Source: Gammaproteobacteria bacterium (GTDB lineage Bacteria; Pseudomonadota; Gammaproteobacteria; UBA4575). Taken from it: a stretch of DNA of 13,469 bases. Below are positions 1 through 7,502 of the stretch, piece after piece. The DNA lies in assembly GCA_965222615.1 (NCBI GenBank), contig CBDCUI010000006.1:1-13469 (forward strand), in the 5' to 3' direction. The translations under genes were made by a program, and so were the position numbers. Numbering within the stretch: position 1 is the first letter of the stretch; each line of letters opens with the position of its first letter. The notes beneath the pieces were generated by a model. It was given only the letters and a program-made list of their open reading frames with translations, had not been told where the DNA came from and did no database searches.

Positions 1-762
1 TAAAGCGGGATCACTAGCAAGTTTATCTCCCCTTCCCTCTTTTACTACATCTATAAATTGTTGATGGATTTCATCCAGAAGAGTTTGAACATGTTTTTTC
101 TCATAACTACTTTCTGGTAAAAACGGATCAAGCAATGCTTTATGTTCACCTGCTGTCATTAACCTTCGCTCTATTCCTAGCTTGTCTAATGCTTCAACAA
201 AACCAAAACTATCCATGCGCACGCCAATGGAGCCTACTATGCTTGCCTTGTCTGCGTAAATTTTGTCTGCCGCCACTGCAGCAAAAACTCCACCCGATGC
301 GCAGATATCCGCAACTACAGCATACATAGGCTTATCGGGATACAATTCCCTTAAGCGCTTAATCTCTTTATTAATGTAACTTGCCTGCACAGGGCTGCCA
401 CCAGGACTATTAATACGCAGAATTACTGCTGCCGATCGATCATTTTCAAATGCTGCACGCAGACCGGAGACCACATTGTCTGCACTGGCGTTTTCACCGT
501 CTGCAATTACCCCCGCTAATTCCACTAGCGCAGTATGCTTACCCGTAGCAGAAGTCATATTGGAAAAATTAAAGCCTAATAAGCTGATCACAAAGATAGT
601 GAGATAAGCAAAGCCGAGCAATTTAAAAAATATCCCCCATTTCCTGGCTCGTCGCTGTTCCTGTAGGCCTGCAGCAGCCAAATTATAAATTGCCTCTCGC
701 TCCCAATTAGTGGATGAACGATCTTCGCTGGATAACTTGTCTAAATTAATCTCTGGATCCAT
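1..762 (-). CDS. S49 family peptidase (SppA-like signal peptide peptidase), runs off the left window edge
   Basis: Not in the ORF track. Manual translation from the ATG at 762 is open to position 1: MDPEINLDK...WEREAIYNLAAAGLQEQRRARKWGIFFKLL (TM segment follows)...LRINSPGGSPVQ...DICASGG...IVGSIGV...TAGEHKALLDPF. These are S49 motifs with the catalytic Ser (ASGG) and Lys (GEHK). Typical neighbour of rluC. Confidence 0.93.
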   Translation of the reverse strand, partial: MDPEINLDKLSSEDRSSTNWEREAIYNLAAAGLQEQRRARKWGIFFKLLGFAYLTIFVISLLGFNFSNMTSATGKHTALVELAGVIADGENASADNVVSGLRAAFENDRSAAVILRINSPGGSPVQASYINKEIKRLRELYPDKPMYAVVADICASGGVFAAVAADKIYADKASIVGSIGVRMDSFGFVEALDKLGIERRLMTAGEHKALLDPFLPESSYEKKHVQTLLDEIHQQFIDVVKEGRGDKLASDPAL

Positions 763-868
763 ATTTAGCCCTGGTTGTTACTGATTTTGACACTGAACAA
801 GCCGGAATGTTTCAACACAAATTATATCAGACTGCCTATGCTGAAATTCAAGGAAGTTGCCATAATAT

Positions 869-1828
869 TTATGTCAATGGTTCATAGGTTTTAAGGATAT
901 TTAGCATTCTTTGCATATTATCGTCGATAGGGGCACTAAATTCATAGTGTTGACCACTTTTGGGCAGCTGAAAAGATATCCTAGAAGCATGTAACAACAT
1001 GCGTTTTATACCGATTTTTTTACATTTACGATTGAAAGAAAAATCACCATATTTTTGATCCCCCACAACTGGATAACCAAGCTGAGCTGCATGTCTGCGA
1101 ATTTGATGCGTGCGGCCCGTATCTATTTGCACTTGCATAAGCGAGGCATTGTTATAAAGCTCACTAATTGAAAATTTTGTTATTGCGCTTTTTGATTTTG
1201 GAATACGATCTCTTTCCTGCAAGTAGTTAGTAAATTCTTGTCTGTCAGCCAAGGGCGTTGTTACGATTTTGTCTCCATGAGGCCATTTACCCTTAAGCAC
1301 AGCAAAATATTCTTTATGAATTTTATTCGACCGTAATAGCTCATGAAGTTCATTTAACATGGCTCTAGTTTTAGCAATCAAAAGACATCCACTGGTATCA
1401 CGGTCTAAACGATGCACTAATTCTAAATAAGGTGCTGCTGGACGCAGCTCGCGCAAAATTTCAATCACGCCAAAGGCAACACCCGTTCCTGGATGGACGG
1501 CGATACCTGCAGGTTTGTTCAATACTAGAAGTACTTCATCTTCATACAAAATTGAGGCATTTATTTGGTCTTGGATACGTAGCGAGATTTGTAGCTTGTT
1601 ATCACTCGATTGGGGCAGATACAGTTCAGGAATATTCACTGAATCGTCAATTTGGAGGCGATAAGTTTGCTTTACCCGTTTACCGTTTACTCTAATTTTT
1701 CCGATTCGCAATAATTTATAGATGTGGCTCTTGGGCACACCCTTTAAATTGGTGATCAAATAATTGTCGATTCGTTGACCATCCTTGCTGGAATCAATAA
1801 CTAAGGTTTGGCCATTCATAACTGGCAT
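869..1828 (-). CDS. rluC: 23S rRNA pseudouridine synthase RluC (RluA family with N-terminal S4 domain)
   Basis: GQRIDNYL...KGVPKSHIYKLLRIGKIRVNGKR S4 domain, LNKPAGIAVH, catalytic HRLDRDTSG, GRTHQIR, GDQKYG, LHAS. Divergent from rne, as in most Gammaproteobacteria. Confidence 0.93.
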   Translation of the reverse strand: MPVMNGQTLVIDSSKDGQRIDNYLITNLKGVPKSHIYKLLRIGKIRVNGKRVKQTYRLQIDDSVNIPELYLPQSSDNKLQISLRIQDQINASILYEDEVLLVLNKPAGIAVHPGTGVAFGVIEILRELRPAAPYLELVHRLDRDTSGCLLIAKTRAMLNELHELLRSNKIHKEYFAVLKGKWPHGDKIVTTPLADRQEFTNYLQERDRIPKSKSAITKFSISELYNNASLMQVQIDTGRTHQIRRHAAQLGYPVVGDQKYGDFSFNRKCKKIGIKRMLLHASRISFQLPKSGQHYEFSAPIDDNMQRMLNILKTYEPLT

Positions 1829-1870
1829 ATGACCTTCCAGCCAATATAGATAAGTAAATGATCATTCAAT

Positions 1871-1899
1871 TTGCTGGACATATAAGAGATTGGTATAGT
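1871..1899 (+). promoter_or_regulatory. Putative sigma70 promoter of rne
   Basis: TTGCTG (1871-1876), 17-bp spacer, TATAGT (1894-1899), with extended -10 TG at 1891-1892. Implies a start near 1906 and a ~300-nt leader. Confidence 0.6.
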
Positions 1900-1900
1900 T

Positions 1901-2210
1901 ATATTGTGTATTATTAAATAGTTACACAATATTCTAGCGTAACACACCAAATTGTGATCCGTTGTTCCTGTTTGGTTAACAAAGATTTACCATATTCCCT
2001 GCATTTTTCATTAACAAAATGCAGCGAAGAATTTATAAGTAATATCAAATCATACGAAATACAGTATGTTTAGTTTTTTAAATATCATAATTCAATTTTT
2101 CCTTCGTCTACCTACTCTCCTATCAGCAAGAGAATGCCTGATAGAGAAAAATTTACCTTTGGGGATTACTAGTACGTCACGAAGGCTATGGACATTTTAC
2201 AGAGTTAACT
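1901..2210 (+). promoter_or_regulatory. Structured rne 5' leader (probable autoregulatory element)
   Basis: Stems: ATATTGTGTA/TACACAATAT (1901-1910/1923-1932); CTGCATTTT/AAAATGCAG (1999-2007/2016-2024); CCTTCGT/ACGAAGG (2101-2107/2179-2185) enclosing CTATCAG/CTGATAG (2120-2126/2138-2144). Long structured rne leaders are established in Gammaproteobacteria. Confidence 0.55.
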
Positions 2211-4163
2211 ATGAAAAGAATTTTAATCAATGCTACACAGCAAGAGGAATTGCGTGTAGGGATGGTCGACGGTCAGCGATTATACGACCTAGACATCGAA
2301 TTACCGTCGCGAAACCAAAAGAAAGGCAATATTTACAAGGGTGTAATCACTCGTATTGAACCAAGCCTTGAGGCCGCCTTTGTAAACTATGGCGCAGAAC
2401 GCCATGGCTTTCTTCCCTTTAAAGAAATTGCACGCAGTTATTTAGATAATAACTCGAACACTGACGATCGTGCTCCTATCAAAGATCTTTTATCCGAAGG
2501 GCAACAAATAATCATCCAAGTTGAGCGCGAAGAACGTGGCAATAAAGGCGCAGCACTCACCACATATTTAAGTCTTGCCGGTCGTTATCTTGTTTTAATG
2601 CCGAATAATCCTCGAGCTGGTGGGGTTTCTCGCCGTATTGAAGGTGAAGAACGTGAAGAACTACGTAACACCGTTGAACAGCTTGATATACCTAAAGGTA
2701 TGGGGACCATTGTTCGAACTGCAGGTGTAGGACGAACCGTCGAGGAATTGCAATGGGACCTTAACTATCTGTTACAACTTAATAACGCCATCCTAAAAGC
2801 TGCAGATTCTCAAGATGAACCATTTCTCATCTATCAAGAAAGCAATGTAATTATTCGTGCCCTACGTGACCATCTTAGGGATGATATTGGTGAAATTATT
2901 ATTGACGATGCACGTGTCTTTAATGACGCGAAAAAGTTTGTGGAACAAGTTATGCCCCACAATCTTAAAAAGCTTAATTTATATGAAGATACCGTGCCTC
3001 TATTCAATCGCTATCAAATTGAAACCCAAATTGAATCCGCCTTTGAGCGTGAAGTTTCACTGCCATCAGGTGGTTCCGTCGTTATTGACCATACTGAAGC
3101 GATGATATCTATTGATATCAACTCTGCCAGAGCCACTAAAGGTAGTGATATCGAAGAAACTGCACTAAACACCAATCTCGAAGCAGCTGATGAAATCGCC
3201 AGACAGCTACGTTTACGTGATCTAGGCGGGCTTATCGTTATTGATTTCATTGACATGATGTCAAACAAAAATCAACGTGAGGTAGAAAATCGTCTGCGTG
3301 AAGCATTAAAAATTGACCGTGCTCGGGTACAAATAAGCAGAATCTCGCGTTTTGGCCTATTAGAAATGTCGCGCCAAAGATTGCGCCCGTCTCTGAAAGA
3401 ATCCAGTCAAATTGTATGCCCCCGTTGTACGGGTCATGGCACGATACGCGGTATTGAATCGCTTGCCTTAGCCGTGTTACGCCTGATTGAAGAAGAAGCG
3501 ATGAAAGAAAAAACCGGCAAAGTAATCGCAAAGTTACCGGTAGATGTAACAAGCTTCTTGTTAAATGAAAAACGTACTGCTATTAGTGAAATCGAAGCGC
3601 GACACAAAGTCCAACTTATTATAGTTCCCGACCCTAATCTTGAAACACCTCATTTTTCTGTGGAACGTATACGTGACGATGATAAAGAATTAAGTGACAA
3701 ATCAAGTTATGACTTGATACCAGCAGAAGAAACCAGTGTGAACTTAACTGCGCACACAACACCTGTTACCGAACAACCTGCGGTGAAATCCATACAAACT
3801 ACAAGCCCTGCTCCCACACCACAAAAGCCAGCAAGCCCTACAAAACCTGGATTTTTTAGCCGCTTAATTACTTCACTATTTGGAAAAGAAGAACAAACAC
3901 AGAAGAAAAGAGCTTCACACGCCAACAAATCAAGAGAGCGCTCAAGAAAGTATCAAAACAATAATCGTCAACGTAATCGTTCTGGTGGACAAAGACGAAG
4001 AAGTTCGCGTGATAATTCGCGTAACAATAACAGACGCAGAAATGATAACTCGAGAAGACGTGCTAATAATCGAAATTACAACAGTAAACGTAATAATGAT
4101 AAAGGCGAGCAAACACGCTCAGAATCTAACAACGCAGCTTCACAAACTTCTAGTGTGACTTAA
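2211..4163 (+). CDS. rne: Ribonuclease E (Rne/Rng family) with a short C-terminal scaffold
   Basis: [16 protein letters not shown] start, S1 domain [27 protein letters not shown], 5' sensor IVRTAG, catalytic DINS and DFID, Zn-link CPRCTGHG, membrane helix [13 protein letters not shown], Arg/Asn-rich tail. Confidence 0.97.
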   Translation: MKRILINATQQEELRVGMVDGQRLYDLDIELPSRNQKKGNIYKGVITRIEPSLEAAFVNYGAERHGFLPFKEIARSYLDNNSNTDDRAPIKDLLSEGQQIIIQVEREERGNKGAALTTYLSLAGRYLVLMPNNPRAGGVSRRIEGEEREELRNTVEQLDIPKGMGTIVRTAGVGRTVEELQWDLNYLLQLNNAILKAADSQDEPFLIYQESNVIIRALRDHLRDDIGEIIIDDARVFNDAKKFVEQVMPHNLKKLNLYEDTVPLFNRYQIETQIESAFEREVSLPSGGSVVIDHTEAMISIDINSARATKGSDIEETALNTNLEAADEIARQLRLRDLGGLIVIDFIDMMSNKNQREVENRLREALKIDRARVQISRISRFGLLEMSRQRLRPSLKESSQIVCPRCTGHGTIRGIESLALAVLRLIEEEAMKEKTGKVIAKLPVDVTSFLLNEKRTAISEIEARHKVQLIIVPDPNLETPHFSVERIRDDDKELSDKSSYDLIPAEETSVNLTAHTTPVTEQPAVKSIQTTSPAPTPQKPASPTKPGFFSRLITSLFGKEEQTQKKRASHANKSRERSRKYQNNNRQRNRSGGQRRRSSRDNSRNNNRRRNDNSRRRANNRNYNSKRNNDKGEQTRSESNNAASQTSSVT

Positions 4164-4218
4164 CAGATAGATAACGAATCATCAAGAACTGGAGTTAACT
4201 TTTAAAGTAATGCTAGTT

Positions 4219-4734
4219 TTAACCTCGCAATGAGTGCATTGTTTTTATAAACTCTAACAGTTCTCGATTTGCTTCTTCGACGAGATCTAAGACAGTCTCG
4301 AAACCTCTTTTACCTCCATAATAAGGATCAGGCACCTCTTTTACTCTAGATCTCCTTAAAAATTCCAATAACAATCTAATTTTCTTTTTATGATTTTCAC
4401 CACAAATTTCTAGCAAATCTTGCTTGTTATCGTTATCCATTGCGAGAACATAATCGAATCTCTCAAAATCTAAAGTTTCTACTTTTCGTGCTTGTATTCT
4501 ACTCAAATCATAGCCACGTTTTTTGGCAGCAGCTATCGCTCTCGGATCTGGCATTTCACCAGCATGATATGCATAGGTGCCTGCAGAATCAGCACCGATA
4601 ACATGTTGTAATGATGCTTCGTGTACAAGCTTTTGAAATACACCTAAAGCTGTTGGCGATCGGCATATGTTTCCCATGCACACAAATAGTACATTCACAT
4701 CTTTCAGTCTGTTTCTATTTCTGAAATTTTTCAA
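4219..4734 (-). CDS. Low molecular weight protein-tyrosine phosphatase
   Basis: P-loop VCMGNICRS, DSAGT, DPYYG. Start uncertain (TTG at 4734 or GTG at 4698). Confidence 0.93.
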   Translation of the reverse strand: MKNFRNRNRLKDVNVLFVCMGNICRSPTALGVFQKLVHEASLQHVIGADSAGTYAYHAGEMPDPRAIAAAKKRGYDLSRIQARKVETLDFERFDYVLAMDNDNKQDLLEICGENHKKKIRLLLEFLRRSRVKEVPDPYYGGKRGFETVLDLVEEANRELLEFIKTMHSLRG

Positions 4735-4762
4735 AATTTTACTATATAATAATTATGATTGG

Positions 4763-4993
4763 TTATTTCATTAATGCGCGAAGCATTAACCTTCCACAAG
4801 TTAGGCCAAGAAACCAAGTAAAAACAACTTTCCAAATCCGAGTGTTCTCTAAATTAAATGCACCATTTAAGTAACTATTAACTTCTTCTTTAGGTAAATT
4901 ACGTAAATACGACATATCCATAGGTACCAAAATAAATGCAATAATTAAAGCAACAATTAAAAATATAATATGAATTTTAACAAGACGTAGCAT
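4763..4993 (-). CDS. Small hypothetical membrane protein (~76 aa)
   Basis: The ATG at 4993 lies just downstream of the dihydroorotase stop (5007) and avoids the overlap in the track's 5068 start. MLRLVKIHIIFLIVALIIAFILVPM...IWKVVFTWFLGLTCGRLML has two hydrophobic segments. Confidence 0.65.
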   Translation of the reverse strand: MLRLVKIHIIFLIVALIIAFILVPMDMSYLRNLPKEEVNSYLNGAFNLENTRIWKVVFTWFLGLTCGRLMLRALMK

Positions 4994-5006
4994 GTTAAGT
5001 TGCCTG

Positions 5007-6344
5007 TTAACGATTAAACTGCAGACGTTCTCCGAAAAAAGCAGTGTCTGAAAAAACACCTTTTTCAAACACGAGATTTCCGTTCAAAATAGTTGAATCT
5101 ATACTAGAGCGAAAACTATAACCTTCAAACGGTGACCAACCACATTTTGCCAAGACATTATCTGAAGTTACTAGGTACGATTTATTAGTATCTACTATCG
5201 TCAGATCTGCAAAATATCCTTCTCGAATATAACCCCTATCTACAATAGAAAATCGCTTCGCCACATTATGGCTTGTTTTCTCGACAATTTTTTCAATGCT
5301 CAATACATTATCATGATAATGTTCTAATAGAGTCAATAACGCATGCTGAACTAACGGCAAGCCAGCTGGGGATTCCATATAATTTCCATGTTTTTCTTCC
5401 AATAAATGTGGTGCATGGTCTGTCGCGATAATATCAATTCGATCATCAACTACTCCTTGCAAAAGACCTTGTTGGTCTTGCAAAGTTTTAATTGCAGGAT
5501 TGCATTTTATTAAAGAACCTTTAGTTGCATAATCTGCTGCATTAAAAAATAAATGATGGACACAGACCTCAGCAGTTATTGATTTGTCTTCAACATTGCC
5601 TTTTTGAAATAGCTCTAATTCACGTGCAGTAGTGAGGTGCAATACATGGAGTTGTGCCTCGTATTGCTTAGCTAAATTTACTGCTTTTAAAGAGGATTGA
5701 TAACAAGCTTCTTCTGATCGAATGATCGGATGAAATTCAATTGGAATATCATCACCATATTCTTGTTGAAATTTTTTCAAGTTTTGTTCAATTAACGGAG
5801 ACTCTTCACAATGCGTGATGATAGGAACAGGCGAGTATTGAAAAATTCCTTCTAACACATCATATTGATCCACTAACATGTTACCAGTAGAAGCACCCAT
5901 GAATACTTTCACACCACAAGCAAGATCTTTAGGTGCGCGTTTGATCACTTCCAAATTATCGTTACTGGCCCCTAAGTAAAAAGCGTAATTAGCTAGTGCT
6001 CGCTGATTCGCTGCTTGATACTTTTGTTCTAATAGTTCCAGGCTTAAAGTTGGAGGCTTTACATTCGGCATATCCATAAAGCTTGTGATCCCGCCCGCGA
6101 TTGCAGCACGAGACTCTGTGACCAAGTCCGCCTTATGTGTCAAACCAGGTTCACGAAAATGCACTTGGTCATCAATCATGCCTGGTAACAAGAATTTCCC
6201 ATTCGCATCAATAATATTTTTTGCCTGTAGATGTTGTAAATTTTTATCAATTTGAACAATCCGCTTATTTGCTATCACTACGTCTTGTTCGGAGATCGCG
6301 TGTTCATTAACAACTGTCGCGTTGATTACTAGTAGGTCATGCAT
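5007..6344 (-). CDS. pyrC: Dihydroorotase (long-chain amidohydrolase type)
   Basis: PGMIDDQVHFREPG, AGGITSFMDMPN, GVKVFMGASTG (carbamylated Lys), HVLHLTT, EVCVHHL, KCNPAIK, IATDHAPH, KCGWSPFEG. Confidence 0.9.
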   Translation of the reverse strand: MHDLLVINATVVNEHAISEQDVVIANKRIVQIDKNLQHLQAKNIIDANGKFLLPGMIDDQVHFREPGLTHKADLVTESRAAIAGGITSFMDMPNVKPPTLSLELLEQKYQAANQRALANYAFYLGASNDNLEVIKRAPKDLACGVKVFMGASTGNMLVDQYDVLEGIFQYSPVPIITHCEESPLIEQNLKKFQQEYGDDIPIEFHPIIRSEEACYQSSLKAVNLAKQYEAQLHVLHLTTARELELFQKGNVEDKSITAEVCVHHLFFNAADYATKGSLIKCNPAIKTLQDQQGLLQGVVDDRIDIIATDHAPHLLEEKHGNYMESPAGLPLVQHALLTLLEHYHDNVLSIEKIVEKTSHNVAKRFSIVDRGYIREGYFADLTIVDTNKSYLVTSDNVLAKCGWSPFEGYSFRSSIDSTILNGNLVFEKGVFSDTAFFGERLQFNR

Positions 6345-6451
6345 TTTTTTATTTGCGGAATAACTTATTGATATCGAGTAAATTAATATGCTGCCTAGCT
6401 ATCATACACATAAAAACATGCCTAAACTTAGTGTTGTTTTTTTGTACAATA

Positions 6452-6467
6452 TGTGAAACCCTTAACA
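6452..6467. promoter_or_regulatory. CRP-type binding site upstream of DRR protein 1
   Basis: TGTGA-aaccct-TAACA, 9/10 match to TGTGA-N6-TCACA. Confidence 0.6.
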
Positions 6468-6539
6468 TTATGCTGATTGTATGAGTTGGATTATGCAATT
6501 GTCGTGTAGTCATATAAGTATGGATGCAGGAGCACTACA

Positions 6540-6764
6540 ATGACTAGTAGCCAAAATGGAGCTGATATATTACTTGTTGACGATCGTAGACAGACGATTG
6601 ATAGACGTTTACAAGTGAATAAGGCTGCGTTCCCACTTATTGATAGCGAGGGGCGTTACATCAAAGCTGATCGAAGAAATTCTCCAGATCGACGTCTTGC
6701 GAATATTCAAGTAAAAGAGCTCGCCCTGAATGGGGAAATGTTCGAAAACCTATTTAGCAAATAG
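6540..6764 (+). CDS. Small hypothetical protein with four DRR motifs (paralog 1)
   Basis: AGGAG Shine-Dalgarno at 6528-6532. Ungapped 25/60-aa identity to the next ORF supports real coding. Confidence 0.85.
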   Translation: MTSSQNGADILLVDDRRQTIDRRLQVNKAAFPLIDSEGRYIKADRRNSPDRRLANIQVKELALNGEMFENLFSK

Positions 6765-6871
6765 CCACAGACCCTATATGCTTAAACGCGATATTGATTA
6801 AACCTCTATATAATCCAATATTTGAGTATTTCAACGTAACTCACTAATTTCTAGAAGCTTTCAATTAAGAA

Positions 6872-6887
6872 TGTGAGTTTACTCACA
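6872..6887. promoter_or_regulatory. CRP-type binding site upstream of DRR protein 2
   Basis: TGTGA-gtttac-TCACA, 10/10 match to the consensus. Confidence 0.72.
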
Positions 6888-6972
6888 CAACACCACGTGT
6901 AATTCTAAGATACTGCGTATTCGTAATTAAGTCACAAACTATAATAATAAAGACCAAGGGAACGAATAGGCT

Positions 6973-7197
6973 ATGGATAATCCACTCGAACGTCGCGTCG
7001 CTTCTGAGCGACGTAATTCAATACAAGGCGCACAATTTCCGGTAATCACTCGGCAAGGGGTATGTGTGCGTAATGACCGACGTAGATACCCAGATCGACG
7101 TATTTCTAATATCGAAGTGGGAGAAAACTTTATAGGCGATGATACATTCGAATTGCTTTTCTCACGATTTTCAAATGCAGAAAAAGCATCATTGTAG
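6973..7197 (+). CDS. Small hypothetical protein with four (D/E)RR motifs (paralog 2)
   Basis: ERRVASERR...FPVITRQG...DRRRYPDRRISNIEV...FELLFSR is colinear with paralog 1. Its 3' end overlaps the convergent gene by 9 nt. Confidence 0.85.
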   Translation: MDNPLERRVASERRNSIQGAQFPVITRQGVCVRNDRRRYPDRRISNIEVGENFIGDDTFELLFSRFSNAEKASL

Positions 7198-7386
7198 TTT
7201 CTGAACTAGACGGTATACGGCTATTAGGATCCCGAATCCTACATAAAGACCTAATAAAGCTATAAGCATCAACAAACCGACTTGAGGACTCACTACCCCG
7301 GTTCTCACCAAAAGAAATACACTTGCCACCAGCAAAGTGAATAAAGCAACTACAGCTGCAACAATGATTAGCTTTTTATTCTTCAT
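7189..7386 (-). CDS. Small hypothetical membrane protein with two TM helices
   Basis: Basic MKNKK N-terminus, two long hydrophobic stretches separated by RTGVVSPQ, basic C-terminus. Fills an otherwise empty gap. Confidence 0.75.
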   Translation of the reverse strand: MKNKKLIIVAAVVALFTLLVASVFLLVRTGVVSPQVGLLMLIALLGLYVGFGILIAVYRLVQKLQ

Positions 7387-7502
7387 TAATTAGGTTTGAT
7401 TATAGATTAAATTTAGCACACAGATTTAAATTTTACATTTGCAACACGAGCAATCGTTACTCAATATCGTATTATCGTAATACTCAATATTGCTTAACAT
7501 CG

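Noticed and set aside
135-329. 64-aa plus-strand ORF
   Set aside because: Antisense shadow of the S49 peptidase gene.
1432-1695. 87-aa plus-strand ORF
   Set aside because: Antisense to rluC; no recognisable motif.
2066-2359. 97-aa ORF overlapping the rne start, considered as a leader peptide
   Set aside because: No RBS, out-of-frame overlap with the conserved rne N-terminus; the region is better explained as a structured UTR.
2857-4158. ORFs 2857-3105, 3014-3268, 3247-3552, 3707-3928 and 3880-4158
   Set aside because: Alternate-frame or antisense shadows inside rne. 3880-4158 ends before the rne stop, so it is not a frameshifted extension.
4187-4219. Possible terminator between rne and the phosphatase
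   Set aside because: Only a weak, AT-rich, imperfect stem.
4994-5068. N-terminal extension of the 101-aa track ORF
   Set aside because: Overlaps the dihydroorotase 3' end; the ATG at 4993 is more plausible.
6822-6834. FNR-like TTGAG...TTCAA
   Set aside because: Spacing is one base short of TTGAT-N4-ATCAA and both half sites are imperfect.
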